The notes: a model not told the origin generated them from the letters alone. A stretch of DNA of 64,000 nucleotides from Bacilli bacterium (GCA_017428485.1 JAFRQT010000057.1:22745-86744); one strand, 5' to 3'. Counted from the first letter of the stretch, positions 26,868 through 37,530 are shown. Made by a program: numbers and translations.

Positions 26868-27281
26868 TTATTTCTTAGGTTTTTTAGTTCCGTATTTACT
26901 TCTTCCTTGACGTCTCTTATCAATACCAGCAGTATCTAAAGTACCACGAACAATATGATAACGAACACCGATAAGGTCTTTAACACGTCCACCTCTAATT
27001 AGAACAACACTATGTTCTTGAAGATTATGTCCTTCTCCACCAATATAACAAGTAACTTCATATCCATTACTTAGTTTTACTCTGGCTATTTTTCTTAAAG
27101 CTGAGTTTGGTTTTTTAGGTGTCTTAGTTGAAACACGAGTACATACTCCACGTTTTTGTGGTGAAGTATTATTTGTTTTTAATTTGTCTTTTGAGTTATA
27201 TCCAATATTTAATACTGGGCTTTTACTCTTTTTAGTTTTTTGTCCTCTTCTTTTTCTAACTAATTGATTAATTGTAGGCAT
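26868..27281 (-). CDS. rpsL: 30S ribosomal protein S12
   Basis: 137 aa with [21 protein letters not shown]. The conserved loop reads [11 protein letters not shown] instead of RVKDLPGVRYH. Confidence 0.97.
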   Translation of the reverse strand: MPTINQLVRKRRGQKTKKSKSPVLNIGYNSKDKLKTNNTSPQKRGVCTRVSTKTPKKPNSALRKIARVKLSNGYEVTCYIGGEGHNLQEHSVVLIRGGRVKDLIGVRYHIVRGTLDTAGIDKRRQGRSKYGTKKPKK

Positions 27282-27373
27282 GAATTTTTTCTCCTTTCTT
27301 AATACACATTTCCAGGCGTATCAAAATCATTATTTTTATTAGTTTTCCCTAGGGAAAACCACAAATCTACATA

Positions 27374-27402
27374 ATGATATCATTAAAAAAACTTAATGTC
27401 AA
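27374..27402 (-). promoter_or_regulatory. putative str operon promoter
   Basis: The minus strand reads TTGACA-17nt-TATCAT. The -35 lies in the loop of the upstream terminator hairpin (aacttaatgt...acattaagtt). Confidence 0.5.
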
Positions 27403-27449
27403 TATCTTTCTTCACATTAAGTTTATTTTTTGTAAAAATTATTATTCTT

Positions 27450-28697
27450 TTATTTTTTTAATTGTCTTACCTTACCTATTGTATATTTATCAAATTCTAA
27501 CATATTTATTATTTCCATAAATCTTTCATAAGTTAATTTTTTATATATTTCTAAATCAGAATAGTTATCCGTATATGCTAACCTTTTACCAAAATCAGCC
27601 GGGTTACCGTACTTATCATCAAGGTTTCTTACCTCATCTGCTATAAATGATCTTCTAATTCCTTCAAAATCTGCAAAACTCATATCCATTCTATATAATT
27701 TATCTCTAGCTACTTTTAAATATTCTTTTGGATTATTAGAAACATAACTATGTATTAATTGAGCATAATCATCATGCCATTTAATATAACGATAATAAAT
27801 TAAATCAAGTAAATTTTTACTTTTTAAATGATGATAAAAATCATTTTCACTGCTTAATAGGTAATTATATAGAAAATTCAAACAAATATTAAGCTCTTCT
27901 TTAGTTACACCTTCTGGTTTTTTTATTTTAATACCCAAACTATTAATATCAATATCTACTTTTCTTATTATTTCTTCTTCTTTTTTACGAATAGGATCCA
28001 AATCAAATTCAGGAAGAATTACTTTTCTTTTATGACTTTCAATATTTGCATAAATATTATTTAAATAATCAACTAATTCTTCTTCATTAACATTTCCTGC
28101 TATAACAAGAATTTTATTATCATCTGAATAAAATGCATTATAACAGTCATATAGTTTTTTCATAGTCATTTCATTTGTAGTTTTTCTACTACCTATAGGT
28201 GATAATGTATAATCGTATTCACTATATGCACTAAATAAATTTTTTTCAACTAAATGAACCGCATGAACGTCGAAGTTATCTTGCCAAGTAGATGATTCTT
28301 CACAAATTGCATGTCTACTTTGATTAACATCTTTTTTATCAAAGACTGGACAGTCTATTGCTTCAATTAATTCTTTAATAGATTCTTTAATTTTATCTAC
28401 TCCAACAAAATGATAACAAGTATGGTCATCTGCAGTATATGCATTAGAATTATAATATCTAGCATCAAAATTAGTATAGATATTACCATGCTTTGAATGT
28501 TCGCCAAGTAAGTGTTCTAGGTAATGAGCATATCCAGAACCAACACTATAAAGTCTACCATCCATTTTAAAATCAAACCATCTACCACTAGAACCATATT
28601 TAACAATATAACTTACAAAAGTTTGTTTTAATGATTTGTCATTATATAAGTATAAAGGAATACCATTATTTAAAATTATTTTTTTATAATTATGCAT
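27450..28697 (-). CDS. M16 (pitrilysin) family zinc peptidase, catalytic subunit
   Basis: 415 aa. Has the inverted zinc motif HYLEH (GYAHYLEHLL) and overlaps its partner gene by 8 nt. Confidence 0.8.
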   Translation of the reverse strand: MHNYKKIILNNGIPLYLYNDKSLKQTFVSYIVKYGSSGRWFDFKMDGRLYSVGSGYAHYLEHLLGEHSKHGNIYTNFDARYYNSNAYTADDHTCYHFVGVDKIKESIKELIEAIDCPVFDKKDVNQSRHAICEESSTWQDNFDVHAVHLVEKNLFSAYSEYDYTLSPIGSRKTTNEMTMKKLYDCYNAFYSDDNKILVIAGNVNEEELVDYLNNIYANIESHKRKVILPEFDLDPIRKKEEEIIRKVDIDINSLGIKIKKPEGVTKEELNICLNFLYNYLLSSENDFYHHLKSKNLLDLIYYRYIKWHDDYAQLIHSYVSNNPKEYLKVARDKLYRMDMSFADFEGIRRSFIADEVRNLDDKYGNPADFGKRLAYTDNYSDLEIYKKLTYERFMEIINMLEFDKYTIGKVRQLKK

Positions 28698-29925
28698 TTT
28701 TATCCCCCTTATACATAAATATATTTTTTAATCTTAAAGATTTCATATGACTAGCTATATCTTCTTCAGTATAACTATCTAAATTTTTAATAAACTCAGA
28801 ATAATTAAAATCCCCTGCAATACCACGAATATAATCATCTAAATAATCAACCATATCTATTTTATTTTCACTTAATAAATAATCTTCAGTTTTAATATAT
28901 TCTTTTGCATACTTAAGTAAATCTATTAATTTTGTTTTATCTTGAGCAATAGAAATTATTTCATTTATAGCATCTAATGTTTTTTGTTTATTATTTTTAT
29001 CAATCTTTGCTTTAAAAACAAATGCTTTTCTATAATAGAAAATCGAAACATATGATGAATATACAAGTCCATACTTTTCTCTTAATATTTGATGACATAA
29101 TCCATTTCTTCCATTAAATATAGAACCAAGTATTTTTGTTAATCCCTCATCTATATCATCTATTTCATATGTTACATATAAAATAGATTCATTAATATCA
29201 GAATCAGACACTTCACTATCACCTTCTACTATATTAGGTTGTGGCGAGTGGTCTATTACGCCTTTATTATTTTTATATGGAATAATCTTTCTGAGTAATT
29301 TAAATTCATCAGTAGAAATATTTCCAAATACTATTCCTCTATAAAAACTATTTTCGTTAATCGTATTATAATATGCTTCTTTTATATCATCCATAGTTAT
29401 AGAATTAATGGTATTTTTTATATATTCTTTATCTACTGAACATCCATATTTGTTATTTTCATCTTCAAATACACTATCTAAAAAAAGTCTACTTGCTCTA
29501 TTACCTGAATTTGATATTCTATGGAGTAAATCAGATATATATGATCTTTTAATAATTTCTAATTGTTCATTATCAGTAAAATCAGGATGTAATAATATAT
29601 CACTTACAAATTTAAAAGCATCTTCTAAGTAATCATCTTCTACTACAGAAGGAGAAACTAAATCAACACATAAAAGTATATTACTGATTTTCCCTATTTT
29701 TTGTGGAGAAAACCATACTTCCGCCGAATAAAGTTCTTTCATTCTTTTAGCTGTTGATTCATGCACTTCATTTGAATGCATTAAATATTTGCATAATACA
29801 TAGTTAATAGCATCTTCTCTATTTCCATTTTTACTATTAAAACATAATTGCATAATTATAGTATTAAAGCTATCATCTTGATATAGATATACTCCATTAT
29901 CATTAATAAGTTTAGATAAATCCAT
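28690..29925 (-). CDS. M16 family peptidase-like protein lacking HxxEH (non-catalytic partner)
   Basis: M16-like length and layout, but no HxxEH at the expected N-terminal position. The track start at 29937 is a GTG inside the SD GGGGG, so ATG 29925 is preferred. Confidence 0.65.
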   Translation of the reverse strand: MDLSKLINDNGVYLYQDDSFNTIIMQLCFNSKNGNREDAINYVLCKYLMHSNEVHESTAKRMKELYSAEVWFSPQKIGKISNILLCVDLVSPSVVEDDYLEDAFKFVSDILLHPDFTDNEQLEIIKRSYISDLLHRISNSGNRASRLFLDSVFEDENNKYGCSVDKEYIKNTINSITMDDIKEAYYNTINENSFYRGIVFGNISTDEFKLLRKIIPYKNNKGVIDHSPQPNIVEGDSEVSDSDINESILYVTYEIDDIDEGLTKILGSIFNGRNGLCHQILREKYGLVYSSYVSIFYYRKAFVFKAKIDKNNKQKTLDAINEIISIAQDKTKLIDLLKYAKEYIKTEDYLLSENKIDMVDYLDDYIRGIAGDFNYSEFIKNLDSYTEEDIASHMKSLRLKNIFMYKGDKNA

Positions 29926-29997
29926 AGTTACCCCCACTTTTCTAATGAAATTTATAATAACACAAGTATTAAAAAAAATAAACTTATTTTATTAAGT

Positions 29998-30576
29998 TTA
30001 TTCTTCTGTTTCATGTTCACTAGGATCATAATCATTTACAAGTTGATTTTTATTCAATAAATCAAAATAATTAAATGCTTCTAAAAATTCTTTTTCATTT
30101 TTAGAATCAGTTTTTATTAAAGTTAATCCATTTGGGTTTAATTCTTTCAAATCTTTATCTATGTTATTATTTTTAATATTACCATTATCATTAATTATTA
30201 ATTCATATTTAGTATCTTCATTTATATTAATTCCTTCACCTGTACCCATACTAAACGTCATATTTAATAATATTTTATTTCCGGTTATTATATAGTTTCC
30301 AAATCCTATTGTACTTATCATTTCATAAGTAGAATATACAAATGTTCCATTTTCATATAAATATAGTTTATATTCTGCTTTATATTTATTTTCTATTTCT
30401 TTATCATTTTCATCAAATAAATACTCTATTGCATCAAGTTCTCCCGTATATAACCCCTTAATAGTAGTATATGTTATACAATCATTATCTTTCGATTTAG
30501 AAAAAATAATATAAATAATTAGTCCTAATATTATAATTCCAAATATTATTAATAAAATTTTATTCTTTTTTTCCAT
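29998..30576 (-). CDS. membrane-anchored hypothetical protein
   Basis: 192 aa with an N-terminal TM helix (ILLIIFGIIILGLIIYIIF). No family recognised. Confidence 0.5.
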   Translation of the reverse strand: MEKKNKILLIIFGIIILGLIIYIIFSKSKDNDCITYTTIKGLYTGELDAIEYLFDENDKEIENKYKAEYKLYLYENGTFVYSTYEMISTIGFGNYIITGNKILLNMTFSMGTGEGININEDTKYELIINDNGNIKNNNIDKDLKELNPNGLTLIKTDSKNEKEFLEAFNYFDLLNKNQLVNDYDPSEHETEE

Positions 30577-30580
30577 AAAT

Positions 30581-31363
30581 TTACTCCTTTATTTTAAACG
30601 CTTCATTAATTATATTATGATAATTAATATTATTACCTTTTTTATTTTTAACAAAATATGCAAGGTATTCAATATTACCATTACCTCCTCTTATTGGAGA
30701 ATATGTAATATTATTTAAATAAAAATCTATTTTTTTAAATTCATTTACTACATTATTTATTACTTCAAAGTGTACTTCTTTATTTAAAGGAATCCCCCTA
30801 TACTTATTTGATATATCCATTCCACATTCAAATTGTGGTTTTATTAAACAAATTATTTCGTTTAGATTTAATTCATTTATTTTTTTTAATAATTTAGTTA
30901 CTGATATAAATGAAACATCTATTGTACAAATATTAGCATCTATAACAATGTTATTATCTATATTTCTAAAATCAGTGTTTTCATATAGAAAAATTTTTTT
31001 ATTATTTTTTAATTTATCACTAAATTGATTACTACCTACATCTATAGCATATATTTTAGATATATTATTTTGTAGTGCACAATCGGAAAAACCTCCTGTA
31101 GAAGATCCAATATCAATCATTATTTTATTATTTAAATCAATATTAAATTCTTTTATAGCATGTTCTAGTTTTAATCCACCACGTGATACATATTTTAAAG
31201 TTTCTCCAATGATTTCAATTTTATCAGAATCATTTACATTAAAAGATGGCTTATCAATGCATTTATTATTTACAAAAACCACTTTGTTTTTAATTTCATT
31301 TTGACTTTTACTTCTTGTTTCAAATAGTCCTCTATTAACAAGTTCTATATCTAACCTTGTCAT
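30581..31363 (-). CDS. tlyA: TlyA-family rRNA (cytidine-2'-O)-methyltransferase
   Basis: 260 aa. An S4-like N-terminus (RLDIELVNRGLFETRSKSQ) followed by an FtsJ-like methyltransferase domain (DIGSSTGGFSD). Confidence 0.85.
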   Translation of the reverse strand: MTRLDIELVNRGLFETRSKSQNEIKNKVVFVNNKCIDKPSFNVNDSDKIEIIGETLKYVSRGGLKLEHAIKEFNIDLNNKIMIDIGSSTGGFSDCALQNNISKIYAIDVGSNQFSDKLKNNKKIFLYENTDFRNIDNNIVIDANICTIDVSFISVTKLLKKINELNLNEIICLIKPQFECGMDISNKYRGIPLNKEVHFEVINNVVNEFKKIDFYLNNITYSPIRGGNGNIEYLAYFVKNKKGNNINYHNIINEAFKIKE

Positions 31364-32676
31364 TATAATTCTCTTTCACCTTTATTTTTAAATTGAATTA
31401 ATATTGGTGTGCCACTAAAGTCAATATTCTCACGTATTTTATTTTCAAGATATCTATAATAACTAAAATGAACAAGTTCTTTAGAGTTTACTTCAATATC
31501 AAACCTAGGAGGTTTAACACCAGATTGATGAGTGAAGTACACTTTTAATTTTTTACCTTTAAAAGCAGGAGGTGGTGTTTCAATAAATGCATCTCTTATA
31601 ACATCATTTATTATATTAGTTTTAACTTCTTTAATTGAATTATTATATGAAATTAACACTTCAGGCATAAGAGTATGAATTCTTTTTTTAGTTTCAGCAC
31701 TTAAGAAAACTATTTTAGCAAAGTCCATAAATTGGAAATTATTCTTAATATCTTTTTTCCATTCTTTCATTTCTTCATCTTTGTCTTCTATAGTATCCCA
31801 TTTATTAACCACTATTACTACTGGTTTACCTGCTTCAAGAGCATAACCTGCGATATGTTTATCATGTTCTACTATTCCTGTAGTGGCATCAAGTACTAAA
31901 AGACATACATCACTTCTATCAATAGCTTTCATACTTCTAAGTAAACTATATTTTTCTACTGCTTCAAATATTTTACCTTTTTTACGAAGACCAGCTGTAT
32001 CTATTAAAGTATACTCTTCTTTATTATGAGTAAATTTTGTATCTATTGCATCTCTTGTAGTACCAGCAACATTACTTACTATCACTCTGTCTTCATTTAG
32101 AAGTGCATTTACTAAACTACTTTTACCTACATTAGGTCTTCCTATAACTGCTATTTTAATATTATTGTCTTCTTCTTCATATCCTTCTGTGTACTCATCA
32201 GTAGCTAACTTTAATAAATCATTAACACCTGTTCCATGTTCTGCAGATATTCCAATATAATCATCAAATCCTAATGAATAGAATTCATATATAGTATCTT
32301 TAGATATACTATTATCTATTTTATTAATGGCCACTATTACTTTTTTATTTTGACGTTTTAACATATCACGAATTAACAAATCGCTTGTAGTAAGTCCATC
32401 TTTAGCATCTACAACAAAAATAATAGTATCAGCTTCATTAATACCAATTTCTACTTGCATACGAATTTCATCATTAAACTGTCCATTACTTAAATCAATA
32501 CCACCTGTATCAATTAAATAGAATGGTTTATCTTTAAATGTTGCTTGACTATATATTCTATCTCTAGTAACCCCAGGTGCATCTTCTATAATTGCAACTT
32601 TTTTACCAACTATTCTATTAAATAAGGTGCTTTTACCTGTATTAGGTCTTCCAACTAAACATATTGTTTGACGCAT
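31363..32676 (-). CDS. der: ribosome biogenesis GTPase Der (EngA)
   Basis: 437 aa with tandem GTPase domains (GRPNTGKST; GRPNVGKSS) and a KH-like C-terminus. Confidence 0.95.
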   Translation of the reverse strand: MRQTICLVGRPNTGKSTLFNRIVGKKVAIIEDAPGVTRDRIYSQATFKDKPFYLIDTGGIDLSNGQFNDEIRMQVEIGINEADTIIFVVDAKDGLTTSDLLIRDMLKRQNKKVIVAINKIDNSISKDTIYEFYSLGFDDYIGISAEHGTGVNDLLKLATDEYTEGYEEEDNNIKIAVIGRPNVGKSSLVNALLNEDRVIVSNVAGTTRDAIDTKFTHNKEEYTLIDTAGLRKKGKIFEAVEKYSLLRSMKAIDRSDVCLLVLDATTGIVEHDKHIAGYALEAGKPVVIVVNKWDTIEDKDEEMKEWKKDIKNNFQFMDFAKIVFLSAETKKRIHTLMPEVLISYNNSIKEVKTNIINDVIRDAFIETPPPAFKGKKLKVYFTHQSGVKPPRFDIEVNSKELVHFSYYRYLENKIRENIDFSGTPILIQFKNKGEREL

Positions 32677-32833
32677 AATAATGACCTCCTTTTTAATGCA
32701 ATAGATTATAACTCTTTTTTTTAAAAATATCTAGTATTTATTCTACAATATAATTATATATTATAATGAACATATCAACAATGGCACTTTGATTTTATTT
32801 ACACATTATTGTATAATTAAGTGGTGATGTATT

Positions 32834-33469
32834 ATGAAAAAAATTGAATTTAAACCTTTAATTACTACTATTATATTAATAGTATTTCAAACAATATGTT
32901 TTTTCTTTTCTAAACTATTACAAGGTACTCCACATTTAATTGGAAATGCAATAGATGCAAAAATACCATTTAATATTTGGTTTATCATTCCATATTTTAT
33001 TTGGTATTTATTAATATTTATTGTTCCCTACTTTTTATATAAGAAAAATAAAGATTCATTTATGAGATATATTTTTACTTATGTAATTGTTACTATAATA
33101 GCAAATATAATTTTTATTATTTATCCATCTACAGTAGATAGACCAGAGGTTGTAGTAAAAGGATTATTAACATTAACTGCTAAAATAATATTTGCAATAG
33201 ATACTCCGGTGCTTAATTGTTTTCCATCACTTCATTGCGCTATGAGTATGATGTTTATATTATTTATGTTTGAAAATAAGAATATAAATTATCCAATTAA
33301 AATAGTTATTTCATTAATATCTGTGCTTATTATGGCAGCTACTCTATTTGTAAAACAACATGTGTTTATTGACCTTGTTAGTGGAGATATTCTTGCACTA
33401 GTTGCATATGTTTTGGTTAAAATATTTTATAAAGAAAATAATAAATTAAAAAAAGTACTAAAAATTTAG
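32834..33469 (+). CDS. PAP2-superfamily membrane protein (PAP2_C-like)
   Basis: 211-aa polytopic protein with FPSLHCA and KQHVFIDLVSG, which resemble PAP2 C2/C3 motifs. Confidence 0.5.
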   Translation: MKKIEFKPLITTIILIVFQTICFFFSKLLQGTPHLIGNAIDAKIPFNIWFIIPYFIWYLLIFIVPYFLYKKNKDSFMRYIFTYVIVTIIANIIFIIYPSTVDRPEVVVKGLLTLTAKIIFAIDTPVLNCFPSLHCAMSMMFILFMFENKNINYPIKIVISLISVLIMAATLFVKQHVFIDLVSGDILALVAYVLVKIFYKENNKLKKVLKI

Positions 33470-33552
33470 TACTTTTTATGTAAATTAGTAATAATTCCTT
33501 AGTATTTTTATTATTAAATATAGTATAATTATATTAAGAAAAAGGTGATTAA

Positions 33553-34527
33553 ATGAAAAAAGGATTTTTGGGAATAACTCTTATTATTGTTGCTGCATTA
33601 ATTTTATTCGGAACATATGTTTATCTATACAAAATAAAAGGAAATGATCAAGAAATAATTCCAGATGGAAAAGATATTACAAAAGAAGAATATATTTACA
33701 AAGAAGATCTTCTTGTTCTAGGGTATAATGTTAATGAAATAAATACAATTGAGTCTAAAATAAGTGATTCTGATGTTAAAAAATACCTTTTATCTGAAAA
33801 ATATAATAATTTAATTGAATTATTAAAATCACCATATTTTAAAATAGAACATATTGATAGATATGAAAGCTATTATTCAAAAAACAAAGACTATTCATTT
33901 GAAGATATAGTTATATATGTTGAGATTGGACTTGATATAGAATTTTATACAAATATAACAGAAATAACAAACTATGATGATTATGACGCAGTAGTAAATA
34001 AATATTATAAATTACCTGATAACTTTGAAGCTAAAGATTTAGTAAGTATTGATAGTAAGTATAAAAAGTCTAGTTATAATTACAGATTAAGAAAAGTTGC
34101 TGCTGAAGCATTATATAAAATGATAGATGCTGCTTTAGAAGATAATATTAAATTATGGGTAGTATCTGCATATAGAACTGAAAGTACTCAAAAGTCTTTA
34201 TTTAATAACTCCAAAAATAGTGATGGGCTTGAACATGCATTATTATATTCAGCAAAGCCAGGACATTCTGAACACCAATTAGGTCTAGCAGTTGATTTAA
34301 ATATGGCTTCTTCTAAAGCACATTTTGAAAACACTAAAGAATATGCATGGTTAAAAGCAAATTCATATAAATATGGATTTATAGAAAGATATCCAAAAGG
34401 AAAAGAATTTATAACAGGATATGGATTTGAACCATGGCATTATAGATATTTAGGAATAGATCTTGCTACTGATGTATATACAGATGGCGGAACATATGAA
34501 GAGTATTTAGTTAAGCATTCAAAATAA
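33553..34527 (+). CDS. VanY/M15B-family D-alanyl-D-alanine carboxypeptidase, membrane anchored
   Basis: 324 aa with SAYRTESTQ, GHSEHQLGLAVD and EPWHYRY motifs. Confidence 0.85.
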   Translation: MKKGFLGITLIIVAALILFGTYVYLYKIKGNDQEIIPDGKDITKEEYIYKEDLLVLGYNVNEINTIESKISDSDVKKYLLSEKYNNLIELLKSPYFKIEHIDRYESYYSKNKDYSFEDIVIYVEIGLDIEFYTNITEITNYDDYDAVVNKYYKLPDNFEAKDLVSIDSKYKKSSYNYRLRKVAAEALYKMIDAALEDNIKLWVVSAYRTESTQKSLFNNSKNSDGLEHALLYSAKPGHSEHQLGLAVDLNMASSKAHFENTKEYAWLKANSYKYGFIERYPKGKEFITGYGFEPWHYRYLGIDLATDVYTDGGTYEEYLVKHSK

Positions 34528-35208
34528 TTTCTTAATAAATAATAGATAATAAGCAAAAAATACAACTACGCAAGAAATAGTTATAATTAATAATTTAACT
34601 ATTTCTTTTTTTATTGGACTCATTTCATCATTAGCTTTATTAATATTTTCCATTCTTTTAAACACAGAACTTGTTTTTAAAACATTTATTTTATATGTAT
34701 TAATATTATCAACATTTATCTCTATAACATTTTTATCTTTATTAAAATTACCATTACCTACTATATCAACATAAGATGAATCATTTAATAGTTCATAATC
34801 TATTTCCAAATTATCTTCATTGTTTATAACTATTTCATATTCAAATACATCTTTTGAAAAATTTATATCATAGTTTTTAATTGTTAAATTATTAAGTACT
34901 CCCAAGGTTTCTTTATCTTCTTTATAATTCTTATATACATTAATTTCATAATCACCATATATATTCGAATTAACTATATATTTATTAATTCCATCTTCTA
35001 CAAAGAATAAGCCATCTCCAGTAATGATTTCATCATTTTCATTTTTAACTTTAATTATTATTTCATTATTATCAGTAAAATAATTATATTTTTTAATATT
35101 TTTATCGTAACTAGGAATTATGTTTTCTTCATTTACTTTAATAAATTCTATAGCATATACTTTAAAAGATAAAAACATAATAAAAAAAGCAAATAATATT
35201 TTTTTCAT
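34519..35208 (-). CDS. secreted cadherin-like beta-sandwich domain protein with a C-terminal TM anchor
   Basis: 229 aa with a signal peptide. The segment LNNLTIKNYDINFSKDVFEYEIVINN resembles the cadherin-like domain, and there is a C-terminal hydrophobic helix. Confidence 0.45.
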   Translation of the reverse strand: MKKILFAFFIMFLSFKVYAIEFIKVNEENIIPSYDKNIKKYNYFTDNNEIIIKVKNENDEIITGDGLFFVEDGINKYIVNSNIYGDYEINVYKNYKEDKETLGVLNNLTIKNYDINFSKDVFEYEIVINNEDNLEIDYELLNDSSYVDIVGNGNFNKDKNVIEINVDNINTYKINVLKTSSVFKRMENINKANDEMSPIKKEIVKLLIITISCVVVFFAYYLLFIKKLF

Positions 35209-35241
35209 ATTAATATTATTTACTTAATTATTTTTTATATT

Positions 35242-36519
35242 CTATTTAATTGTTTTAATTATTATTTTTTTAACTTTCTTTTTCTTCTTTTCTATTTTGA
35301 ATGCATCTACAAATCTTTCTTCGAAGTTTTTAACTCTCTTGTTATAGTAGATAGTTCCCAAAACATCTCCTGCACGTACTTTTTGCCCTAAAGTTTTATT
35401 TAATGAAACACCTACTGCATAATCTATTCTATCTGTTTTTTTATGACGACCAGCTCCTAAATCATAGACAAGTGTTGCTAATTTCAATGAATCAACTTTA
35501 TTAACATATCCAGTTTCATGAGATATTATCACATATTTTTTACATTTATCTTTTAATTTCTTTAAATCTCCGCCCTGGTATTTAATCCATTCTTTAAATT
35601 TATTTTTAGCATGTCCACTTTCTAATAAGTTAACAACTATCTCTTTAGCACGCTTTTGTGTTATTCCTTTTGCGGCACTTATCATTAAACTAGATATATA
35701 AACAGATAATTCATATAATCTTTTATCATATTTTCCATTGAAGAAATCAATAACTTCTTTTACTTCAAGAGAATTTCCAATATTAAGTCCTAAAGGGCTG
35801 TCCATATCACTTAATGTACATATAACTTTTTTATTATAATATTTTCCAATGTTAACCATTGTTTTAGCAAGCTTAGTTGCATCTTTAATATTTTTCATAA
35901 ATGCACCAGCGCCTACTTTTAAGTCAATAATTATTACATCGCTTCCACTTGCTATTTTCTTAGACATTATTGAACTAGCTATTAATGGAATTGAATCTAC
36001 AGCTCCTATTTCATCACGTAATGCATATATTTTTTTATCAGCAACAGCGATTTTATCACTTTGACTAATAACTGCGCATCCAACTGTTTTTAATTCATCT
36101 ATAAATGCTTCTTTTGATATTTTTAATTTGTATCCTGTAATACTTTCTAGTTTATCAACTGTACCACCAGTAAGTCCTAAACTTCTTCCACTCATTTTTG
36201 GGACACATACTCCAGTACAGGCAACTATTGGAGAAACAATGAGTGTTATTTTATCTCCTACTCCTCCAGTAGAATGTTTATCAACTACTTTCTTTTTTAA
36301 TTTAGATAAATCTATTATTTCACCACTTTTAATCATTACATCAGTTAAATAGTAAGTTTCATCCATTGAAAGTCCATTATAATAAATAGCCCATAAAAAC
36401 TCACTCATAGTTTGATCAGATATTTTATTCTTAACATAACTATTTACCATATATCTTATTTCTTCATAAGATAATTTTTCTTTATTATTCTTTTTATAAG
36501 TTATTTCAATTGCTTTCAT
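35242..36519 (-). CDS. pdp: pyrimidine-nucleoside phosphorylase
   Basis: Contains DKHSTGGVGDK and SGRSLGLTGGTVDKLES. ATG 36519, 9 nt after AGGAG, is preferred over the TTG at 36528. Confidence 0.9.
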   Translation of the reverse strand: MKAIEITYKKNNKEKLSYEEIRYMVNSYVKNKISDQTMSEFLWAIYYNGLSMDETYYLTDVMIKSGEIIDLSKLKKKVVDKHSTGGVGDKITLIVSPIVACTGVCVPKMSGRSLGLTGGTVDKLESITGYKLKISKEAFIDELKTVGCAVISQSDKIAVADKKIYALRDEIGAVDSIPLIASSIMSKKIASGSDVIIIDLKVGAGAFMKNIKDATKLAKTMVNIGKYYNKKVICTLSDMDSPLGLNIGNSLEVKEVIDFFNGKYDKRLYELSVYISSLMISAAKGITQKRAKEIVVNLLESGHAKNKFKEWIKYQGGDLKKLKDKCKKYVIISHETGYVNKVDSLKLATLVYDLGAGRHKKTDRIDYAVGVSLNKTLGQKVRAGDVLGTIYYNKRVKNFEERFVDAFKIEKKKKKVKKIIIKTIK

Positions 36520-36569
36520 TTTACCCAACTCCTAAAACTCTATTCTATATTTATATTATACATTAATTA

Positions 36570-37454
36570 CTATTTATTTTCCACATCTTTATATGTATAT
36601 AAACTAATAACTGATTTATCTGGTATATCATGATCATCTATACTTTTTAACATCTTTTTTCTATCATATGGAACATATACTTCTTCAATATCATATCCAT
36701 TATTTTTTTCTTTGATTATTATATAATATGCTAAATCATAAGGATTATCTTCATATGCAAGCGCTAAAGCTCTTATTGATCTTACTTTTACATTTTTATC
36801 TTCTGTATAATATTTAAAATGAGCATGGCCTTGTATTATTTCATCATAATAATCAACTTTTTTACCACCTAATACAGGATCATTATAAGCAGATACATAT
36901 CCTCTATCTTCTTTTAATTTGCTTTTTGATTTTGATTTCAAAAGTTCTAATTGTTCGGGAGTATTTGCATTATAAAATTGTTTTTGGGGATTAGGATCAT
37001 TTTCTTTAATTGCCTTTTGATAATTCCATACACTATTAGTATTATAATCGAATCTAACATCATTAATAAAATGACATAATCCTATTTTCTTACCCCCTAC
37101 TAATAAATCATAGCTATGTTTATTTTTCTTAAGTGATTCAACTTGCTTTTTAGTTAATGTTGACATAGTCCACTCTTGATTTTTAGTTTTCTTTTCTCCA
37201 AAATAAACCTTAAATGGTTCTATTCCAAGAATACAATATTCTTCACTATTACCATTAATACAATTTACATTATATTTTTTTAAAAGATCTAACACTTCAC
37301 CTGAATTAGGACCTACTCCTATGTTATCACCCAATGAATATATTTCAGTAATTCCTCTTTTTTTAATATCTTCAAGTGTTGAAACTAATGGTTCTAAAAG
37401 ACCATGTGCATCAGAGAAAACTGCTATTTGTCTACCTGTATATTTACTTCTCAT
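36570..37454 (-). CDS. metallophosphoesterase family protein
   Basis: Contains FSDAHG, GDNIGVGP and GNSE motifs. The track start is a TTG at 37466; ATG 37454 after GGTGA is more likely. Confidence 0.7.
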   Translation of the reverse strand: MRSKYTGRQIAVFSDAHGLLEPLVSTLEDIKKRGITEIYSLGDNIGVGPNSGEVLDLLKKYNVNCINGNSEEYCILGIEPFKVYFGEKKTKNQEWTMSTLTKKQVESLKKNKHSYDLLVGGKKIGLCHFINDVRFDYNTNSVWNYQKAIKENDPNPQKQFYNANTPEQLELLKSKSKSKLKEDRGYVSAYNDPVLGGKKVDYYDEIIQGHAHFKYYTEDKNVKVRSIRALALAYEDNPYDLAYYIIIKEKNNGYDIEEVYVPYDRKKMLKSIDDHDIPDKSVISLYTYKDVENK

Positions 37455-37530
37455 ATTTTTCACCAAGATTAATTATAACATATAATTTACAAATTGTTTC
37501 ATTTTATATATAACAATTCAAAGAAACAGA

